Below, piece after piece: positions 61,345 to 64,000 of a stretch of DNA of 64,000 nucleotides (position 1 is the stretch's first letter; every line of letters starts with the position of its first letter). The notes beneath the pieces are model-generated. The model searched no databases, had not been told where the DNA came from, and worked only from the letters and a program-made list of their open reading frames with translations. The stretch spans positions 19,344,001 through 19,408,000 of the forward strand of contig CM022678.1 in NCBI GenBank assembly GCA_012295275.1. Direction: 5' to 3'. The translations under genes and the position numbers were made by a program. The DNA is from Chrysomallon squamiferum (taxonomy: Eukaryota > Animalia > Mollusca).

Positions 61345-62111
61345 TTTTGTATAACAAATAATATATATAGTAGTCATCGCACTATCGCTATAAATAGTGG
61401 CAACATATTACCACTAAGTCGATTTTTATATCTTTGGGCACTGAGCAAACAATATACGTTTTTGGGAATAACTATTTTTACTTTGATAAATTATTTGTAG
61501 TTCACAAACATATATTGTTCAGACCTACATATTTTGCTTTTAATTACTGGTTTAAATCTTAAATGACCAATTTGAATGCAGCTTTTACTTTAAAAGTAAC
61601 AAATTGTTTTGGTTTGACATAGAGATTTTCCCTCATTGAATCAGGTCATTTTAACCTTTACTGGATCAAGCTGATATCATTCGACACTAAACGGTTATTT
61701 CCTGGTGTGTGTGTGTACACATCCACACAAATTATAGGAAATAACTGGTTAGTGTTTTATGGATATGAGCTTTATCGAGTATATTTGTGTGTGTTTTTAC
61801 ACATACATACATGTACACTTACAATTAAAAAACATATTCATATCAACACTATAACAAAAATGTGTAAATATAGGAAAGTACAAACAGACACATAAATATA
61901 TACACAGTGAGATACGCACAAACATTCAAATATTCTGACGTACACAAACTTACATCATGAATATTGCTAAGAAATTAATTAATTTTAATTGTTAGCAATT
62001 ACTGATGATTTGTTTATTTTAAATTTTATTAATACTAAAACCTTGCAATAATAATTATTGTAAATTTACATCTTGTACTGTTTCTGTAATTTCTGTTTCT
62101 TTTTCGTATAG

Positions 62112-62201
62112 ATGAATATCTTACCAAAATTGAACAGGAGTTGCCAGGAAATAAAAGCAACTTGAAGAATCTCATCACTAGTTTACCTAAAATCATAGAA
62201 A
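62112..62201 (+). other. Orphan exon-like segment (90 nt, phase 1-1), product unknown
   Basis: Polypyrimidine tract + tag|AT...GAAA|GTATGG; open frame EYLTKIEQELPGNKSNLKNLITSLPKIIE. Confidence 0.4.
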
Positions 62202-62693
62202 GTATGGGGTTTTTTATTGCCTTTTTGGAGTGGGGGTTGTTTGTATTTTTAGGACAAAACCAAGATGTTATAACATACCAATATCAGCCATATCCAAAAA
62301 TCATGACAATGCACTGAGTGAATTTCCAGAAGAAAGCAGTGTCTCTCTTAATGTAATTTTCTCTGACTCAAAGGTAATTTTTAAAAAAATCATATCCCTC
62401 ATATATCATTCTTGGTGGTTGAGAAAAAAAAGAACTTAACAACAGTGTATATTTCAGTCTTTTTCTAATTATGTTGTGAAAATAAGATGAAGTAGATAAA
62501 ATAATTTATCATATATTTTCATATGTCGTATATGATCTGGCTCAAATTTACTTCTGTACTTTTTTTAGAAAGCAAAACTGTTGTTGCATTTCACATTGCT
62601 CAATGAAAAATTTCAAATCCTACACCAAAAATATTGTTTTTATAAATGGCTCATGTTTGGTCAGTTTTCCTATTTAGATAAATTTATTTACAG

Positions 62694-62817
62694 AATAATC
62701 ACAGCACACAAGAAAAGAGCTGTGACAGCCAGAAGAAAAAGTCAGACATGAAACAAACTGTACCTGTGGCTGTTGATATGTGTCTGAATTACAATGAAAG
62801 GTACAAACAGGCTTCTG
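62694..62817 (+). other. Orphan exon-like segment with a disrupted paralogue at 59256-59366
   Basis: tttacag|AATAATCACAG...CTG|GTATGT; open frame NNHSTQEKSCDSQKKKSDMKQTVPVAVDMCLNYNERYKQAS. The same acceptor, donor and flanks occur at 59256-59366. Confidence 0.35.
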
Positions 62818-63721
62818 GTATGTTTTCTAAGTAAATATAAACCCACACACTTCTGTATAACTGATAATATATGTACAATTCATCGTGCTATAACCACAAA
62901 TAGTGGCAACATATTACTACTAAGTCAATTTTTATATTTCTGGCCTCTGACCCCAAAATATAGGTTTTTGGTGATAAATTATTTTTCACTCACACACATA
63001 ATCACATGCACGTATTGTTCAGAGCTACTTCTTTTTCATTTAATTGCTAGTTTAAATCTTAAATGACCATTCTGAATGCAGTTTGTATTTAAAAAATAAA
63101 AAATTGTTTTGTTTTGATCTGTAGTTTTTGCCTCATTTAATCTGGTCATTTTAAGCTTCACTGATATCTTACGATACCAACCAGTTAATTGTATTACCTT
63201 TGTGTGTGTTGTGTGCATGCATGCACACACACACAATTTATAGGAAATAACTAGTATATTAGTTGCCTATTTTTTGAAGACATATTCAGATCAACAAGTA
63301 TTGTCTTACATTTTGATATGAGCTTGATCACGTACATGTGTAGACAGTTGTACTGGACAACCCCTTACACTTTGAGATCTGAGTTTGGAAATGTACAAAG
63401 TTCTTGTAGATTTAATCATGTTTTGTGAAACTATTCATAAACACACACAATGTTTTTTTTAATTCTATTTATACATGTTATATAATCATTTCTGATTGGA
63501 TGCAGTAAATTTCATAATTTGTAGTATACATTCTTCTGATTGGACAGTTTTGATTTCTAGTAATTCAGTGAGATTACACTGTATATAAATTGTTTATTTT
63601 AGCTTGTTTTGAGGAAGATAGTACTAGCGTGACAAACAACGATCAAAAAAAGTAAGAAAATTTAACTGTCTTTATTAAACTGTAAATTGTATTTTCTCTG
63701 TACCATTGCAATTCATAGAGA

Positions 63722-63921
63722 NNNNNNNNNNNNNNNNNNNNNNNNNNNNNNNNNNNNNNNNNNNNNNNNNNNNNNNNNNNNNNNNNNNNNNNNNNNNNNN
63801 NNNNNNNNNNNNNNNNNNNNNNNNNNNNNNNNNNNNNNNNNNNNNNNNNNNNNNNNNNNNNNNNNNNNNNNNNNNNNNNNNNNNNNNNNNNNNNNNNNNN
63901 NNNNNNNNNNNNNNNNNNNNN
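63722..63921. other. Assembly gap (200 N)
   Basis: Run of n. Confidence 1.
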
Positions 63922-64000
63922 TAATTAACTTAAAATAGACATGAAAGAGAAGAATAAAGAAACGAAGAAAGAATGAAAGACAGAAAAACGAAGAGCAGTC

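Overview
AT-rich, microsatellite-dense eukaryotic DNA with GT-AG introns, most likely from an invertebrate animal (inference); there is no sign of bacterial organisation. Bases ~1.4-51 kb hold a head-to-tail + strand array of seven paralogues of one ~730-aa gene. Each has a 21-22 codon ATG exon, a phase-1 intron and one ~2.1-kb coding exon. The protein has an N-terminal IFIT/TTC22-like TPR solenoid and a C-terminal TIR-like domain. Only the copy at 36780-39333 is fully intact (732 aa). The copy at 19928-22494 has a single homopolymer frameshift, and the other five are truncated or disrupted. The TPR part is variable and mosaic between copies while the TIR-like part is nearly constant, as expected for a birth-and-death innate-immune receptor cluster (inference). 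The spacers are built from duplicated modules, including about 10 copies of a candidate TATA/Inr + non-coding first exon ending in a GTAAGT donor. The right end holds two SMNDC1/SPF30-like exons starting at CTG, an ATP6V1H-like exon, orphan exon-like pieces, a TIR/TSD-bounded DNA transposon, and an assembly gap after which the 52.6-kb sequence recurs. All family assignments come from motif recognition by eye, not from database searches.
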